Source: Parcubacteria group bacterium
GTDB lineage: Bacteria > Patescibacteriota > Minisyncoccia > Phycocordibacterales > Phycocordibacteraceae
Direction of reading: 5' to 3'
NCBI GenBank assembly: GCA_028286825.1
Contig: JAQBQV010000005.1
Coordinates: 1 to 46,512 of the forward strand
DNA: 46,512 bases
Shown: piece by piece, positions 35,609 through 46,179 of the stretch
Position numbering within the stretch: the first letter of the stretch is position 1
Layout: the number at the start of each line of letters is the position of its first letter
Notes under the pieces: generated by a model
Databases searched by the model: none
What the model was told of the DNA's origin: nothing
What the model saw: only the letters and a program-made list of their open reading frames with translations
Program-made: the position numbers and the translations under genes

Positions 35609-37663
35609 ATGGCTAACTTCAAACTCCATACCCCATTCCCGCCGGCCGGCGATCAGCCCCAGGCCATTGAGAAGCTCACTGAGGGGCTTAAAAAGGGTAT
35701 GCACCACCAGACCCTACTTGGAGTCACCGGTAGTGGTAAGACTTTTACCGCAGCAAACGTGATAGCGAACTTCGATAAGCCGGCTCTTGTACTCGCGCAC
35801 AATAAGACGCTCGCTGCTCAGCTCGCGCAGGAGTACCGAGAATTCTTCCCTGAGAACGCAGTGCATTACTTCGTTTCCTACTACGACTACTATCAGCCTG
35901 AGGCGTACATCGCACACTCTGACACCTATATCGAGAAGGAGGCGATGATCAATGCGGAGATCGATCGCTTGCGTCATGCAGCTACTCAAGCGCTCCTCAC
36001 GCGCAAAGACGTGATTATCGTAGCGTCAGTTTCGGCGATCTACGGTCTTGGCTCGCCAGCCGAATATGAAAAAGTGCACGTGAAGATTGAAGTGGGTGGG
36101 GTAGAGAATCGAGCAGCACTTATCCGTAAACTCGTTGGTATCTTCTTTGAGCGAACGCCAGCCGACCTTAACCCGGGCCAAGTACGAGCGCTCGGCAATT
36201 CCTTAGAGTTTATGCCGGTCAACGAAAGGGTCATGTATAAGGTTACGTTTGATGGCGATAAAGTAGCCCATATCGATCAGCTCGATCCGGTATCGCGCGC
36301 CAAAGTAGCCGAGCCCAAATCGGTTTTCGTATTCCCGGCGAAGCACTTCGTGACAAGCGAAGACGAGCGCCTGCGTGCCATTGAAGACATTAAGCTCGAG
36401 CTGGCTGAACAGCTCGCCAAGTTTAAGCGCGAAGAGAAGCCGCTTGAGCACGAGCGAATTAAGCGCCGTACGCTCCACGACATCGCTCTCATACGAGAGC
36501 TTGGGTACACAAGCGGGATTGAGAACTATTCTCGCCACTTTGATAAGCGCGCACCCGGCGAGCCGCCTCACACGCTCCTTTCCTACTTCCCACACAAGAA
36601 AGATGGCTCGGCAGACTTCCTTACGGTAATCGATGAGTCACACGTAACTGTTTCTCAAATCGGAGGAATGTATGCGGGTGATCGGTCACGTAAAGATGTG
36701 CTGGTTGAGTATGGCTTTCGGCTCCCTTCAGCGCGCGACAATCGCCCACTCCAGTTTGAAGAGTTCGAAAAGCGCGTCGGCCAAGTGATCTACACGAGCG
36801 CAACGCCGGGGAAGTATGAACACGAGCATTCAGAGCAAATTGTTGAGCAGGTCATTCGCCCGACGGGTCTTATCGACCCTGAGCTTACGGTGCGCGGTGT
36901 TATTGAAGCCGGTAGCTACAAAGGACAAATTGCAGACTTTATTGCTGAAGCCGATATAGTTATTAAGCGCGGCGGTCGCGCACTAGCTACTACGCTGACT
37001 AAGCAGATGGCCGAAGACCTTGCCTCATTTCTTCGCGAGAAGGGGATTAAGGCTGAGTACCTGCACTCAGACATTAAGACGATTGATCGTATCGATATTC
37101 TTACCAAGTTCCGCAAAGGCGGGTTCGACATTCTCGTGGGCGTCAACCTGCTTCGCGAAGGGCTCGATCTTCCTGAAGTAGAGCTGGTGGGAATTCTGGA
37201 CGCAGACAAAGAAGGATTTCTACGAAGTGAGACATCACTCATCCAGACGATCGGTCGCGCGGCACGTAACGTGCTTGGTCGCGTCATCCTCTATGCCGAC
37301 CATATGACGAACTCACTCGACAAGGCGATCGGTGAGACCAATCGTCGCCGTGCCATACAGATGGCGTACAACACTAAGCATGGGATTACTCCCATTACGA
37401 TTAAGAAAGAAATCAGAGACATAGCTGAGTCGATGAGAAGCGAGCATCAGAAAACTATCGATGAGCTTCTTGCTCTCGACACTATCGCCTATAAGGAAGA
37501 CCCAACTGTTTTTATAAAGCGTAAAAGAGAAGAGATGGAAGAGGCAGTCGAGAACCTCGACTTCGAAACGGCCGCCCTCATCCGCGATGAGATCTACAAA
37601 CTGGAAGGCACCGGCCCTAAGGCCAAAAAGCCCCGCACCCGCAAACCGCTTTCTGGAGGTTGA
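35609..37663 (+). CDS. uvrB: Excinuclease ABC subunit B
   Basis: GDQP, GVTGSGKT, YYDYYQPEAY, DESH, NLLREGLDLPEV and QTIGRAARN; C-terminal UVR domain. Confidence 0.98.
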   Translation: MANFKLHTPFPPAGDQPQAIEKLTEGLKKGMHHQTLLGVTGSGKTFTAANVIANFDKPALVLAHNKTLAAQLAQEYREFFPENAVHYFVSYYDYYQPEAYIAHSDTYIEKEAMINAEIDRLRHAATQALLTRKDVIIVASVSAIYGLGSPAEYEKVHVKIEVGGVENRAALIRKLVGIFFERTPADLNPGQVRALGNSLEFMPVNERVMYKVTFDGDKVAHIDQLDPVSRAKVAEPKSVFVFPAKHFVTSEDERLRAIEDIKLELAEQLAKFKREEKPLEHERIKRRTLHDIALIRELGYTSGIENYSRHFDKRAPGEPPHTLLSYFPHKKDGSADFLTVIDESHVTVSQIGGMYAGDRSRKDVLVEYGFRLPSARDNRPLQFEEFEKRVGQVIYTSATPGKYEHEHSEQIVEQVIRPTGLIDPELTVRGVIEAGSYKGQIADFIAEADIVIKRGGRALATTLTKQMAEDLASFLREKGIKAEYLHSDIKTIDRIDILTKFRKGGFDILVGVNLLREGLDLPEVELVGILDADKEGFLRSETSLIQTIGRAARNVLGRVILYADHMTNSLDKAIGETNRRRAIQMAYNTKHGITPITIKKEIRDIAESMRSEHQKTIDELLALDTIAYKEDPTVFIKRKREEMEEAVENLDFETAALIRDEIYKLEGTGPKAKKPRTRKPLSGG

Positions 37664-37717
37664 TTAATACCAGGGGTGTTGTAGATTTATACCTGTCGCT
37701 GATCTTTGGAGGTATGA

Positions 37718-37870
37718 ATGGACAAAAACCGTCTTGGTTTTGTTTTGCTTGTTTGCTTGCTAACAAGTCTATTCTTTCTTGACTGTCTCCAGACGGAGGA
37801 GGAGATAACCGATTTTCAGATTCAACAAATGCTGTCGAACACTGTTTGGGCGACAGCATGCGCACGCTGA
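37718..37870 (+). CDS. 50-aa putative membrane microprotein between uvrB and uvrA
   Basis: GGAGGT SD. Hand translation MDKNRLGFVLLVCLLTSLFFLDCLQTEEEITDFQIQQMLSNTVWATACAR*. Followed by the terminator AAAGAGCATC...GGTGCTCTTTTT. Confidence 0.5.
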   Translation: MDKNRLGFVLLVCLLTSLFFLDCLQTEEEITDFQIQQMLSNTVWATACAR

Positions 37871-37972
37871 GCTGTTTACCGAAAGAGCATCTGTAAAGGT
37901 GCTCTTTTTGTTACGTAAATATTGAAATTTGTGCTATAATCACTCATTGCCCATGGAAAACGGCAGATTTTA

Positions 37973-40633
37973 ATGAAAAAGACTACGGCGAAGGAAGAAC
38001 ATAAGCACAAGCACGGGAGCGACTGGCTCCGCGTGAAGGGTGCTCGCACCCACAACCTCAAGAATATTGATGTCGAGATGCCACGTGGCGCAATGACAGT
38101 GATCACTGGTCTTTCGGGGAGCGGGAAGTCTTCACTAGCGTTTGATACGATCTTTGCCGAAGGGCAGCGCCGCTACGTCGAAAGTCTCTCGGCCTATGCA
38201 CGCCAATTTCTCAATCAAATGGCGAAGCCGGACGTCGACGAGATCACGGGCCTCTCTCCAGCCATTTCAATAGATCAAAAGAGTCGCTCTAATAACCCTC
38301 GCTCGACGGTAGCTACCGTAACAGAGATTTACGACTATATGCGTGTGCTTTATGCGCGCGCCGGCCAACCGTATTGTATTCACCACGATGTACCCATCGT
38401 CCGCCTTTCGAAGGAGGAGATGATAAAAATGGTTTTTAATCGTGTCGAAGCAAAGCGTAAAGGTCTTCCAGTCGCTGCAGACGGCAGCAGTCACGTTATG
38501 GGCGTTGCTGTTGATAAAACAGCGGTGACAATTTATGCGCCTGTCGTTGTCGGCCGCAAAGGCGAGTACTACCAGCTTCTCTACGACCTTCTTGGGAAAG
38601 GATATGAACGAGTAGTGATTGATGGTAAGCCACACTCCTTGAGAGAGAAGATTGCGCTTGATCGCAACAAGCAACACTCGATCGACGCCGTTGTCGACTC
38701 TATTTTTGTATCTGAGTTTGCACGCACCACGGCAGGAGCACGCGAGCGCCTTTCTGAAGCTCTCGAGCTAGCACTGAAAGAAGCTGATGGATTGGTTAAA
38801 ATCCAGCACGCTGACGGGACCACCGAGACGCTGTCATCAAAGTTTATCTGTCCTGAAGACGGTGCGTCTTTCCCTGAAGTTGAGCCGCGCCTTTTCTCCT
38901 TCAACTCGCCCTATGGCGCATGTCCTGAGTGTCACGGGCTCGGCACGGAGTCGCTTTTTTCTACAAAAGTGTGTCCCGTGTGTGAAGGGAAGCGTCTACG
39001 TCCAGAGGCGCTCCGCGTTTTCCTGAAGAGTAAAAAGGATAAGACGCTTGGCAAAAGTGTTGTTGACTTCACGAGCATGTCGATCGCCGAAGCAAAGGAC
39101 TTTGTCGACTCGATTGAACTATCTGAAATGAAGAAGGATATCGCAGCGCCGATCCTTCGCGAGATCGACAGTCGCCTCACCTTTATGCTGAATGTCGGTC
39201 TTGACTACCTTACGCTTAATCGCTCGGCGGCCACTCTCTCTGGTGGCGAGGCACAGCGCATCCGCTTAGCGTCGCAGCTCGGGAGCGGGCTCACGGGCGC
39301 TCTCTATGTGCTTGATGAGCCGACAATTGGTCTCCATCAGCGCGACAACGATCGACTGATTAAAACTCTTTTAGTACTTAAAGACTTAGGCAACACTATT
39401 GTCGTTGTTGAACACGATGAAGACACGATCTACTCAGCTGACTATCTCATCGACATTGGGCCTGGTGCAGGAGTGCATGGTGGGCAAGTCGTGGTGTCGG
39501 GCTGGCTCGACGATCTCTTAACCGCTAAGAAAAATGAGAGCGGGTCATTAACGCTTTCGTACTTGCGACAAGAGACGGAACTTCCAGTTCCTGAGAAACG
39601 TCGCGAGAGCGAAAAGGGATCGATCAAGATCCGCGGAGCAACGCTGCATAACCTCAAGAATCAGAACGTTGACGTTCCTCTCGGCAAGCTGGTGTGCATC
39701 ACTGGAGTCTCGGGAAGCGGTAAGTCCACCTTTTTGTATGACATTCTTCATAAGAACTTGGAGAAGCGTTTTGCGCGCCGCGAGAGTAAGCTTGAGCACG
39801 TTGCCTCTATGACCGGCACCGAGTACGTCGGTCGTGGCATTCTTATCGACCAGTCTCCGATCGGGCGCACACCGCGCAGTAATCCCGCTACCTACACCGG
39901 CGCCTTCACGCATATTCGTGATCTTTTTGCGGCAACGAGCGAGTCTCGCGCACGAGGCTGGAAGCCAGGACGGTTCTCCTTTAACGTTCCGGGTGGTCGT
40001 TGTGAGGCTTGTCAGGGAAATGGAATGATTGCTGTTGAGATGCACTTCCTTCCAACGGTCTATGTGACCTGCGACATCTGTATGGGCAAGCGTTTTATGA
40101 AAGAGACGCTCGAAGTCACCTTCCGAAATAAAAGCATCTACGAAGTGCTTCAAATGACCGTCGAAGAAGCAGAAAAATTCTTCGAAGACATTCCAGCGAT
40201 TAGCGAGCGACTCATGAGTCTCAACTCGACTGGTCTTCAATATCTTACGCTCGGCCAGAGCGCGACTACGCTTTCTGGCGGCGAAGCGCAGCGTGTGAAG
40301 ATCGCGAGTGAACTCTACCGATCGCAGACCATGAAGACGATCTATCTCCTTGATGAGCCAACCGTTGGCCTCCACTACGAAGATGTTAAGAAACTAATTG
40401 AGATCCTCCAGGAGCTCGTCGTACGCGGCAACACGGTTGTGGTGATTGAGCACAACCTGGACGTAATAAAAAGTGCTGACTACCTGATCGACTTTGGCCC
40501 CGAGGGAGGTACAGGCGGCGGTAAGGTAGTCGCGAAAGGTACTCCTGAACAAGTTGCTGACACCAAGGGCTCTCACACAGGCGAATACCTTGCTAAAATG
40601 CTGTACCGCAATGCAAAGAAGCGAACTAGCTAA
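37973..40633 (+). CDS. uvrA: Excinuclease ABC subunit A
   Basis: Two ABC ATPase sites (GLSGSGKSS and GVSGSGKST), two LSGGEAQR signatures and zinc-finger motifs. Confidence 0.98.
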   Translation: MKKTTAKEEHKHKHGSDWLRVKGARTHNLKNIDVEMPRGAMTVITGLSGSGKSSLAFDTIFAEGQRRYVESLSAYARQFLNQMAKPDVDEITGLSPAISIDQKSRSNNPRSTVATVTEIYDYMRVLYARAGQPYCIHHDVPIVRLSKEEMIKMVFNRVEAKRKGLPVAADGSSHVMGVAVDKTAVTIYAPVVVGRKGEYYQLLYDLLGKGYERVVIDGKPHSLREKIALDRNKQHSIDAVVDSIFVSEFARTTAGARERLSEALELALKEADGLVKIQHADGTTETLSSKFICPEDGASFPEVEPRLFSFNSPYGACPECHGLGTESLFSTKVCPVCEGKRLRPEALRVFLKSKKDKTLGKSVVDFTSMSIAEAKDFVDSIELSEMKKDIAAPILREIDSRLTFMLNVGLDYLTLNRSAATLSGGEAQRIRLASQLGSGLTGALYVLDEPTIGLHQRDNDRLIKTLLVLKDLGNTIVVVEHDEDTIYSADYLIDIGPGAGVHGGQVVVSGWLDDLLTAKKNESGSLTLSYLRQETELPVPEKRRESEKGSIKIRGATLHNLKNQNVDVPLGKLVCITGVSGSGKSTFLYDILHKNLEKRFARRESKLEHVASMTGTEYVGRGILIDQSPIGRTPRSNPATYTGAFTHIRDLFAATSESRARGWKPGRFSFNVPGGRCEACQGNGMIAVEMHFLPTVYVTCDICMGKRFMKETLEVTFRNKSIYEVLQMTVEEAEKFFEDIPAISERLMSLNSTGLQYLTLGQSATTLSGGEAQRVKIASELYRSQTMKTIYLLDEPTVGLHYEDVKKLIEILQELVVRGNTVVVIEHNLDVIKSADYLIDFGPEGGTGGGKVVAKGTPEQVADTKGSHTGEYLAKMLYRNAKKRTS

Positions 40634-41858
40634 ATTCGAGCTGCCGGATTGTCCGGGCGTGTACCTGTTTAAGCAGGGGAGAAAGGTGCTGTATGTGGGT
40701 AAGGCGACGAGCTTGCGCGATCGCGTGCGCTCTTACTTCGACGACGACCTTATCGCGACGCGCGGGCCGCGGGTCGTCGATATGGTCACGAAGGCTGACC
40801 GGGTTGCATATGAGACGACCCCAACGGTGCTTGAAGCCCTCGTGCGTGAGGCAGCACTCATTCGAGAGTACCGGCCAAGTGGAAATAGCGAAGGGAAAGA
40901 CGACAAAACATTTCTCTACGCGCTCATTACCGATGAAGAGATCCCGCGAGTTCTCGCCGTCCGTGGGAAGGACATCGACTTTAAAACCAAAACGACCAAC
41001 GTAGGTTTCAAATTCAAAGGAGCTCATGGACCATTCCCTTCGGGTGCTCAGCTGAGAGAAGGGCTACGGCTCATTCGTCGTATCTTTCCCTTTTACGACA
41101 CACCAAAACCTGTTGGAGCAAAGAGTAAGCATCAGGTGGCGAGAATCGAGTTTAATACTCAGATAAATCAATACCCGCGAGACTTTAACCCAAAGGGCTA
41201 TAAGCGCACCATCAAGCACGTTGAGCTCTTCTTAAGTGGGCGCGTTAATGAGCTACGCCGCACACTCGAAAAGGAAATGCGCGAACTGGCCAAAGAAGAG
41301 TGCTTTGAAGAGGCTGCCGAGACCCGTCGACAACTCTTCTCTCTCGATCACATTCAAGATGTGTCACTCATTAAAGATGAGAACCTCGAGGAAGCGCGTG
41401 AGAAGCTCGGAGGTGAGCGTATCGAGGCGTATGATACGGCGCATTTGGCTGGTACGAATGCGATTGGTGTCATGACGGTCATACAGGACGGTATGCCTGT
41501 TAAGAAGGAGTACCGAACATTTAATATAAGAGGAGTTAAGAAAAACGATGATATTGCGTCACTGAAGGAGCTCCTCACCCGGCGCTTTAGTCACCCGGAA
41601 TGGGCGTACCCAAAAGTGATAGTGATAGACGGTGGGACTACGCATAAAAAGGCCGCGGAAGGCGCACTTGCTGAAATGGGGGTTGGCATCCCAGTCGCGG
41701 CTGTCGTTAAAGACGAGCGGCACCGCCCTCGCGAAGTCTTAGGCGGCAAACGGGCCGGTATTACAGACGCTGATGCGGTACTTGCAAACAGTGAAGCACA
41801 TCGCTTCTCGCTCTCACGCCACCGTCTAGCCCGCTCACGTAACTTACGCGTAAAATAA
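40611..41858 (+). CDS. uvrC: Excinuclease ABC subunit C (compact form, no C-terminal HhH)
   Basis: GIY-YIG domain (PGVYLF..YVGKA.SLRDRVRSYF), UVR domain and RNase H-like domain (RIEAYD, IDGG, EAHRF). Confidence 0.9.
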   Translation: MQRSELAKFELPDCPGVYLFKQGRKVLYVGKATSLRDRVRSYFDDDLIATRGPRVVDMVTKADRVAYETTPTVLEALVREAALIREYRPSGNSEGKDDKTFLYALITDEEIPRVLAVRGKDIDFKTKTTNVGFKFKGAHGPFPSGAQLREGLRLIRRIFPFYDTPKPVGAKSKHQVARIEFNTQINQYPRDFNPKGYKRTIKHVELFLSGRVNELRRTLEKEMRELAKEECFEEAAETRRQLFSLDHIQDVSLIKDENLEEAREKLGGERIEAYDTAHLAGTNAIGVMTVIQDGMPVKKEYRTFNIRGVKKNDDIASLKELLTRRFSHPEWAYPKVIVIDGGTTHKKAAEGALAEMGVGIPVAAVVKDERHRPREVLGGKRAGITDADAVLANSEAHRFSLSRHRLARSRNLRVK

Positions 41859-41876
41859 ATTGTTATACTCTACTAC

Positions 41877-42836
41877 ATGCAGACTGTAGTTGGAGTATTA
41901 CGTGGAGGCCCAAGTCGCGAACACGAAGTGTCGCTCAAGACGGGCGCTGCTATACTCGCGAACCTACCCGAGGATAAGTATCTCGCTCGAGATATCTATA
42001 TCGACAAGCAAGGGCAATGGCATGATCGCGGTCGGGCGACTACTCCTGACAAAATTCTTCGACAGATCGATGTGGCCTTTCTAGGGCTCCATGGCGAATA
42101 CGGGGAGGATGGGGAAGTGCAGAAGCTCCTTGAGCGCTTTGGCGTTCCCTACACCGGCTCAGACTCCTTTGGTTCATATCTCGCAATGCACAAGATCATG
42201 AGTAAGCACAAGGCCGAGGAGGTCGGACTTCTCACACCAAAGTTCCACTATATCGAACGTGCGAGCGATGCTGAGGCGATCGCTCGAGAAGTGGTACAGC
42301 ATTTCCGTCAGCCAGTAGTAGTGAAGCCCGTTGCTTGGGGTTCGTCTGTTGGCGTATCGATAGTGGGCGGCTACGCGCCAGTTTTGGCAGCGATTCAGCA
42401 CCTTTTTAATGAAGGGTCACCCACCGTCGTCGTTGAGGAATTTATTAAGGGTCAAGAGGCAACAGCAGGGGTAGTAGAAGGTTTGCGAGGCGAGCAACTA
42501 TATACACTCCCACCCATTGAGATCATTCCCCCTACCGGCGACTTCTTTTCATACAATTCAAAGTATTCTGGCGAGACTCGCGAGATCTGCCCCGGCAACT
42601 TTACTCGAGTCGAGAGCGAAGAGCTCCAACGACTCTCTAAGGTAATGCATCGGGCTCTAGGATTACGCCACTATTCGCGAAGCGACTTTATTGTCACGCC
42701 AAAAGGCATTTACTATCTTGAGACCAATACGCTCCCCGGCCTCACGGCAGAGTCACTCCTCCCGAAGTCCCTTGCATCAGTCGGGGTCGCGTTTCCCGAT
42801 TTCCTGGCGCATCTCATTGGCCTTGCGCGTACATGA
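41877..42836 (+). CDS. ddl: D-alanine--D-alanine ligase
   Basis: GGPSREHEVSL, LHGEYGEDG, VVKP..GSSVG, KY, RSDF and ETNTLPG. Confidence 0.97.
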   Translation: MQTVVGVLRGGPSREHEVSLKTGAAILANLPEDKYLARDIYIDKQGQWHDRGRATTPDKILRQIDVAFLGLHGEYGEDGEVQKLLERFGVPYTGSDSFGSYLAMHKIMSKHKAEEVGLLTPKFHYIERASDAEAIAREVVQHFRQPVVVKPVAWGSSVGVSIVGGYAPVLAAIQHLFNEGSPTVVVEEFIKGQEATAGVVEGLRGEQLYTLPPIEIIPPTGDFFSYNSKYSGETREICPGNFTRVESEELQRLSKVMHRALGLRHYSRSDFIVTPKGIYYLETNTLPGLTAESLLPKSLASVGVAFPDFLAHLIGLART

Positions 42837-42861
42837 ACTGAGATGATAAGGTAGTAATAAT

Positions 42862-42934
42862 GGGCCGTTAGCTCAGTTGGTAGAGCACCTCATTTGCAAT
42901 GAGGGGGTCGCAGGTTCAAATCCTGTACGGTCCA
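42862..42934 (+). tRNA. tRNA-Ala (anticodon UGC), CCA not encoded
   Basis: Acceptor stem GGGCCGT/ACGGTCC with G3-U70, anticodon arm CCTCA-TTTGCAA-TGAGG, and T-loop TTCAAAT. Confidence 0.96.
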
Positions 42935-43124
42935 CAAATTGAATTGGAGAGCCCCGGAAGGGGCTTTTCAATTTGTGGACCGTAAGCAGAGTGCGGGGCA
43001 CTCTGCGGCAGGATTTGAAGGACGGAACAAGTCGAGCCAGCAGGTGAGACAGTGAGGCAGGGTAGCGGAAATTCATGAGCGACGGCGAACGAATTATCCG
43101 TGACCAGATCCTGTACGGTCCACA
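42915..43124. repeat. tRNA-3'-end-derived element with inverted and direct repeats
   Basis: 17-bp direct repeat ATCCTGTACGGTCCACA at 42920-42936 and 43108-43124; split inverted copy at 42967-42984 plus 43009-43019. Confidence 0.9.
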
Positions 43125-43241
43125 CTTGTTCACAAAGTCAAGGTTTCCGTCATTCCGTATTGGTGCGCTTAGGTTTCGGGAGGTTCTAATCTTAAAGAAA
43201 CGGAAGTTGAAAAAGAGGCTTAAATGTTTCATAATTCAACT

Positions 43242-44297
43242 ATGCTCAACCAGTCTTCTCTAATAAGAGAAATACGAAAAACAATAGACAGCGCGAATAT
43301 CAACTTCTTGGTTGGAGCCGGTCTTTCTAGGCCTTTTCTTGATGTACTCAATGATATTGAAGTATTTCTCAGTGATGATTCAAAAACACCGGAAGAAATA
43401 AGAAATAAAAAGAAGGAGTACTTCAACAAGGTGATGCTTGGGAATCTAAAAATAAGAGACGCTATCTTAGATTCTAGTAAAGATGAGGTTTTGGCTGACT
43501 ATAAGAATTTCTACAAAATTATTAATAATCTTGTTCTAAGGAGAGAGAATTCCATTCTAACTAAGCAGGTGAATGTATTTACAACAAATATAGATATTTT
43601 TTCAGAAAAAGCTTTGGAGGAGACGGGTTTAGAATTTAATGATGGATTTAATGGACGTTTTAACCCGACATTTAATTTAGGAAACTTCAAGAAGTCATAC
43701 TTCATGAAGAGCCTGCATTACGAAAATACTTCTGAAATACCTGTCTTTAATATACTTAAAATTCATGGCTCGCTGACCTGGAGATACGAGAAGGTTGGTA
43801 ATGATGATCTAATTCTCCTTGATAGGGATTTGGAGAATACAAGAAACATAGAAGCTAAGAAAGATACCCCAGATTTCGACGACTGTTATAAGAAACTTAC
43901 AGTCATCAATCCAACTAAGGATAAATTTGAGCACACACTCCTTCGTCAGTATTTTTATGACCTTTTGAGAATTTATTCAAATGAACTAGAGAAAGAGAAT
44001 AGCGTACTTTTTGTAATGGGTTTTTCCTTCGCAGATGCTCACATCAGGGACATGACAGAAAGAGTTGCTGCCTCAAATCCTACTCTCAAGATATATATAT
44101 TTTCGCATGGTGAGATGACCCCTCTTTATAGGAAATTGAAAGATGACGCTAAGAATAAAAACATTGAAATTTTAATTCCTGAGGAAGGTAAAAATTACAA
44201 TCTCAAGACACTGAACACTGAGATTTTCGAAGAGATTATCCACTTTGACGAGGGCGTTGAAGAAACTCCTGTAGTTGAGCAAGGAGATGAAAAATAA
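43242..44297 (+). CDS. SIR2-like NADase of a SIR2-HerA anti-phage system
   Basis: NFLVGAGLS, VFTTNID, KIHGSLTW and GFSFADAHI. CATAAT 6 nt before ATG 43242. Confidence 0.92.
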   Translation: MLNQSSLIREIRKTIDSANINFLVGAGLSRPFLDVLNDIEVFLSDDSKTPEEIRNKKKEYFNKVMLGNLKIRDAILDSSKDEVLADYKNFYKIINNLVLRRENSILTKQVNVFTTNIDIFSEKALEETGLEFNDGFNGRFNPTFNLGNFKKSYFMKSLHYENTSEIPVFNILKIHGSLTWRYEKVGNDDLILLDRDLENTRNIEAKKDTPDFDDCYKKLTVINPTKDKFEHTLLRQYFYDLLRIYSNELEKENSVLFVMGFSFADAHIRDMTERVAASNPTLKIYIFSHGEMTPLYRKLKDDAKNKNIEILIPEEGKNYNLKTLNTEIFEEIIHFDEGVEETPVVEQGDEK

Positions 44298-46179
44298 CGC
44301 GCTTACAAGTACTTATATTATCGACAATTCGATATTTAGAATCGGAGTAGTTTTTTCTGTTGAAGGACAATCGATAAAGGTAAAGGTTGATAAAGGTAAA
44401 AATAGTTCATCCGTCCTGTATAAGGGAAGCATCATTCAAAATATTTCTGTAGGAGGGTACATAAAGATAAAAAAAGGATTCTCAGAAATGATTGGGAAGA
44501 TCGAGGGAGAATCTATATCCGAAGATAAGGAATTCTCAAGAGTAAGTTACAAGAGTAATAAAGAAAAAATAAACAGGGTACTGAACGTAAAGATTCTTGG
44601 CTTTATTGAGGAGGGTACATTTTGCCGCGGTATCAAGGAGTTACCACTAATTGATAATAAATGTTTCCTGCTAAGCAAGGAAGAATTTGAAGAGATTCAT
44701 AACTTTATTCAAAAGGGCGACGAAAGAATTGAGGTCGGGGCACTAGAATACGATGACGGCCAAAAGATTGATCTAGGAATAAACAGTCTTTTTGCTAGTC
44801 ATATTGGCATTTTTGGAAATACAGGAAGTGGCAAGTCATATACATTGGCCAAGCTATACCGGGAGCTTTTTAAAAAGTTTAAAGATAGTTCAAATTTTAA
44901 ATCGAAAGCAAAATTCTTTCTGATCGATTTCAATGGTGAATATGCGGACGATGACGTAATTATCGAAAAGAAATATAAGAATATTTATAAACTTTCAACT
45001 AGCTCTCCTAATCCTAGTGATAAATTCCCAGTTAAGAAGGAAACCCTAAGGGACGTTGGGTTTTGGTCAATCTTTTTAGAAGCAACAGAGAAAACTCAGA
45101 TACCTTTTATAAATAGAGCAATTAAGGATTCTTATATTGAATCTAAATTGAATACAGAATTAAATTTTAAAACCTTAATAAAAGATAAAATTGAGGCCGC
45201 TACTACAGTAAACGGAAAGAACATAGATAGGGCTTTAACAATCGATTTACTCTATGAGCTAGCTTCCTTTCTTGATAATGAAAGTTTGCGTCAAGCAGGA
45301 CATTATTTTAAACAAAATCTATCCGGAGGAAACGAGAATATTAGTTTTTATTTGAAAACTAACCTGGTACCACCAAACGACAAACTTTTTAGTGACAGGC
45401 CAGCCTTCAAGGAAAAAATTAGTGAGCAGATTGACCTTGTAACATTCGAAGATTTTTCAGGATTATCAGTCATTAAGAAAGTAGGGTTAAGGATTATAAT
45501 TAAGTATTACGACGAAATGATCAGAGGGTTCTCAAACCGTGAACATCTTTCACCCCTGATTAAAAGAATGGAAAAAAGAATCTTAGATTTAGAGAAAGTT
45601 ATCACTGTTCACGGAAGAGAAAGATTTGCAAAAAATCTTACGATTATTTCTCTAAAAGATGTGAATTTAGATATTAGAAAGATGCTGCCATTGCTTATTT
45701 GTAAGGAACTTTATGATACTAAAAAGGAAGCCAATAATAAGGATACATCGCTTCATATAATTATTGATGAGGCACACAATATTCTCTCAGGTAATTCTGA
45801 GAGGGAAAGTGAACAATGGAAAGACTATCGACTTGAAACCTTCGAGGAAATCATCAAGGAAGGCAGAAAATTTGCTACATTCCTTACAATTTCAAGTCAA
45901 AGACCATCCGATATCTCTCCAACGATTATTTCCCAATTACATAACTATTTTCTTCATCGGCTGATAAATAATAATGATTTGCTTGCTGTTGAAAAAACTA
46001 TTGCGTATTTAGATAAAGTTTCTGCTGATTCAATTCCTAATTTAGCAACTGGTACATGTATTTTGGCTGGTTTACTAGCTCAAATCCCAGTCGTCATGAA
46101 GGTAAATAAAATTAGTAATAAAAAGAATCAACCAGTGAGTCAGACGATAAATCTTTTAGAGAAGTGGAAGCCTGTATAG
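44287..46179 (+). CDS. herA: HerA-like ATPase/helicase (DUF87) of the SIR2-HerA system
   Basis: N-terminal beta-barrel, HIGIFGNTGSGKS, IDFNGEY, IIDEAHN, EGRKF and SQRP. The start overlaps the SIR2 stop and has an AAGGAG SD. Confidence 0.93.
   Translation: MKNNALTSTYIIDNSIFRIGVVFSVEGQSIKVKVDKGKNSSSVLYKGSIIQNISVGGYIKIKKGFSEMIGKIEGESISEDKEFSRVSYKSNKEKINRVLNVKILGFIEEGTFCRGIKELPLIDNKCFLLSKEEFEEIHNFIQKGDERIEVGALEYDDGQKIDLGINSLFASHIGIFGNTGSGKSYTLAKLYRELFKKFKDSSNFKSKAKFFLIDFNGEYADDDVIIEKKYKNIYKLSTSSPNPSDKFPVKKETLRDVGFWSIFLEATEKTQIPFINRAIKDSYIESKLNTELNFKTLIKDKIEAATTVNGKNIDRALTIDLLYELASFLDNESLRQAGHYFKQNLSGGNENISFYLKTNLVPPNDKLFSDRPAFKEKISEQIDLVTFEDFSGLSVIKKVGLRIIIKYYDEMIRGFSNREHLSPLIKRMEKRILDLEKVITVHGRERFAKNLTIISLKDVNLDIRKMLPLLICKELYDTKKEANNKDTSLHIIIDEAHNILSGNSERESEQWKDYRLETFEEIIKEGRKFATFLTISSQRPSDISPTIISQLHNYFLHRLINNNDLLAVEKTIAYLDKVSADSIPNLATGTCILAGLLAQIPVVMKVNKISNKKNQPVSQTINLLEKWKPV

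Noticed and set aside
39548-40375. 275-aa antisense ORF, and similar shadow ORFs in serS, the ATPase and uvrB
   Set aside because: They lie opposite conserved genes and are explained by codon bias; no motifs are present.
42873-43263. ORFs 42873..43232(-), 42916..43125(-) and 43075..43263(+)
   Set aside because: They overlap tRNA-Ala and the structured repeat element, and have no protein-like features.
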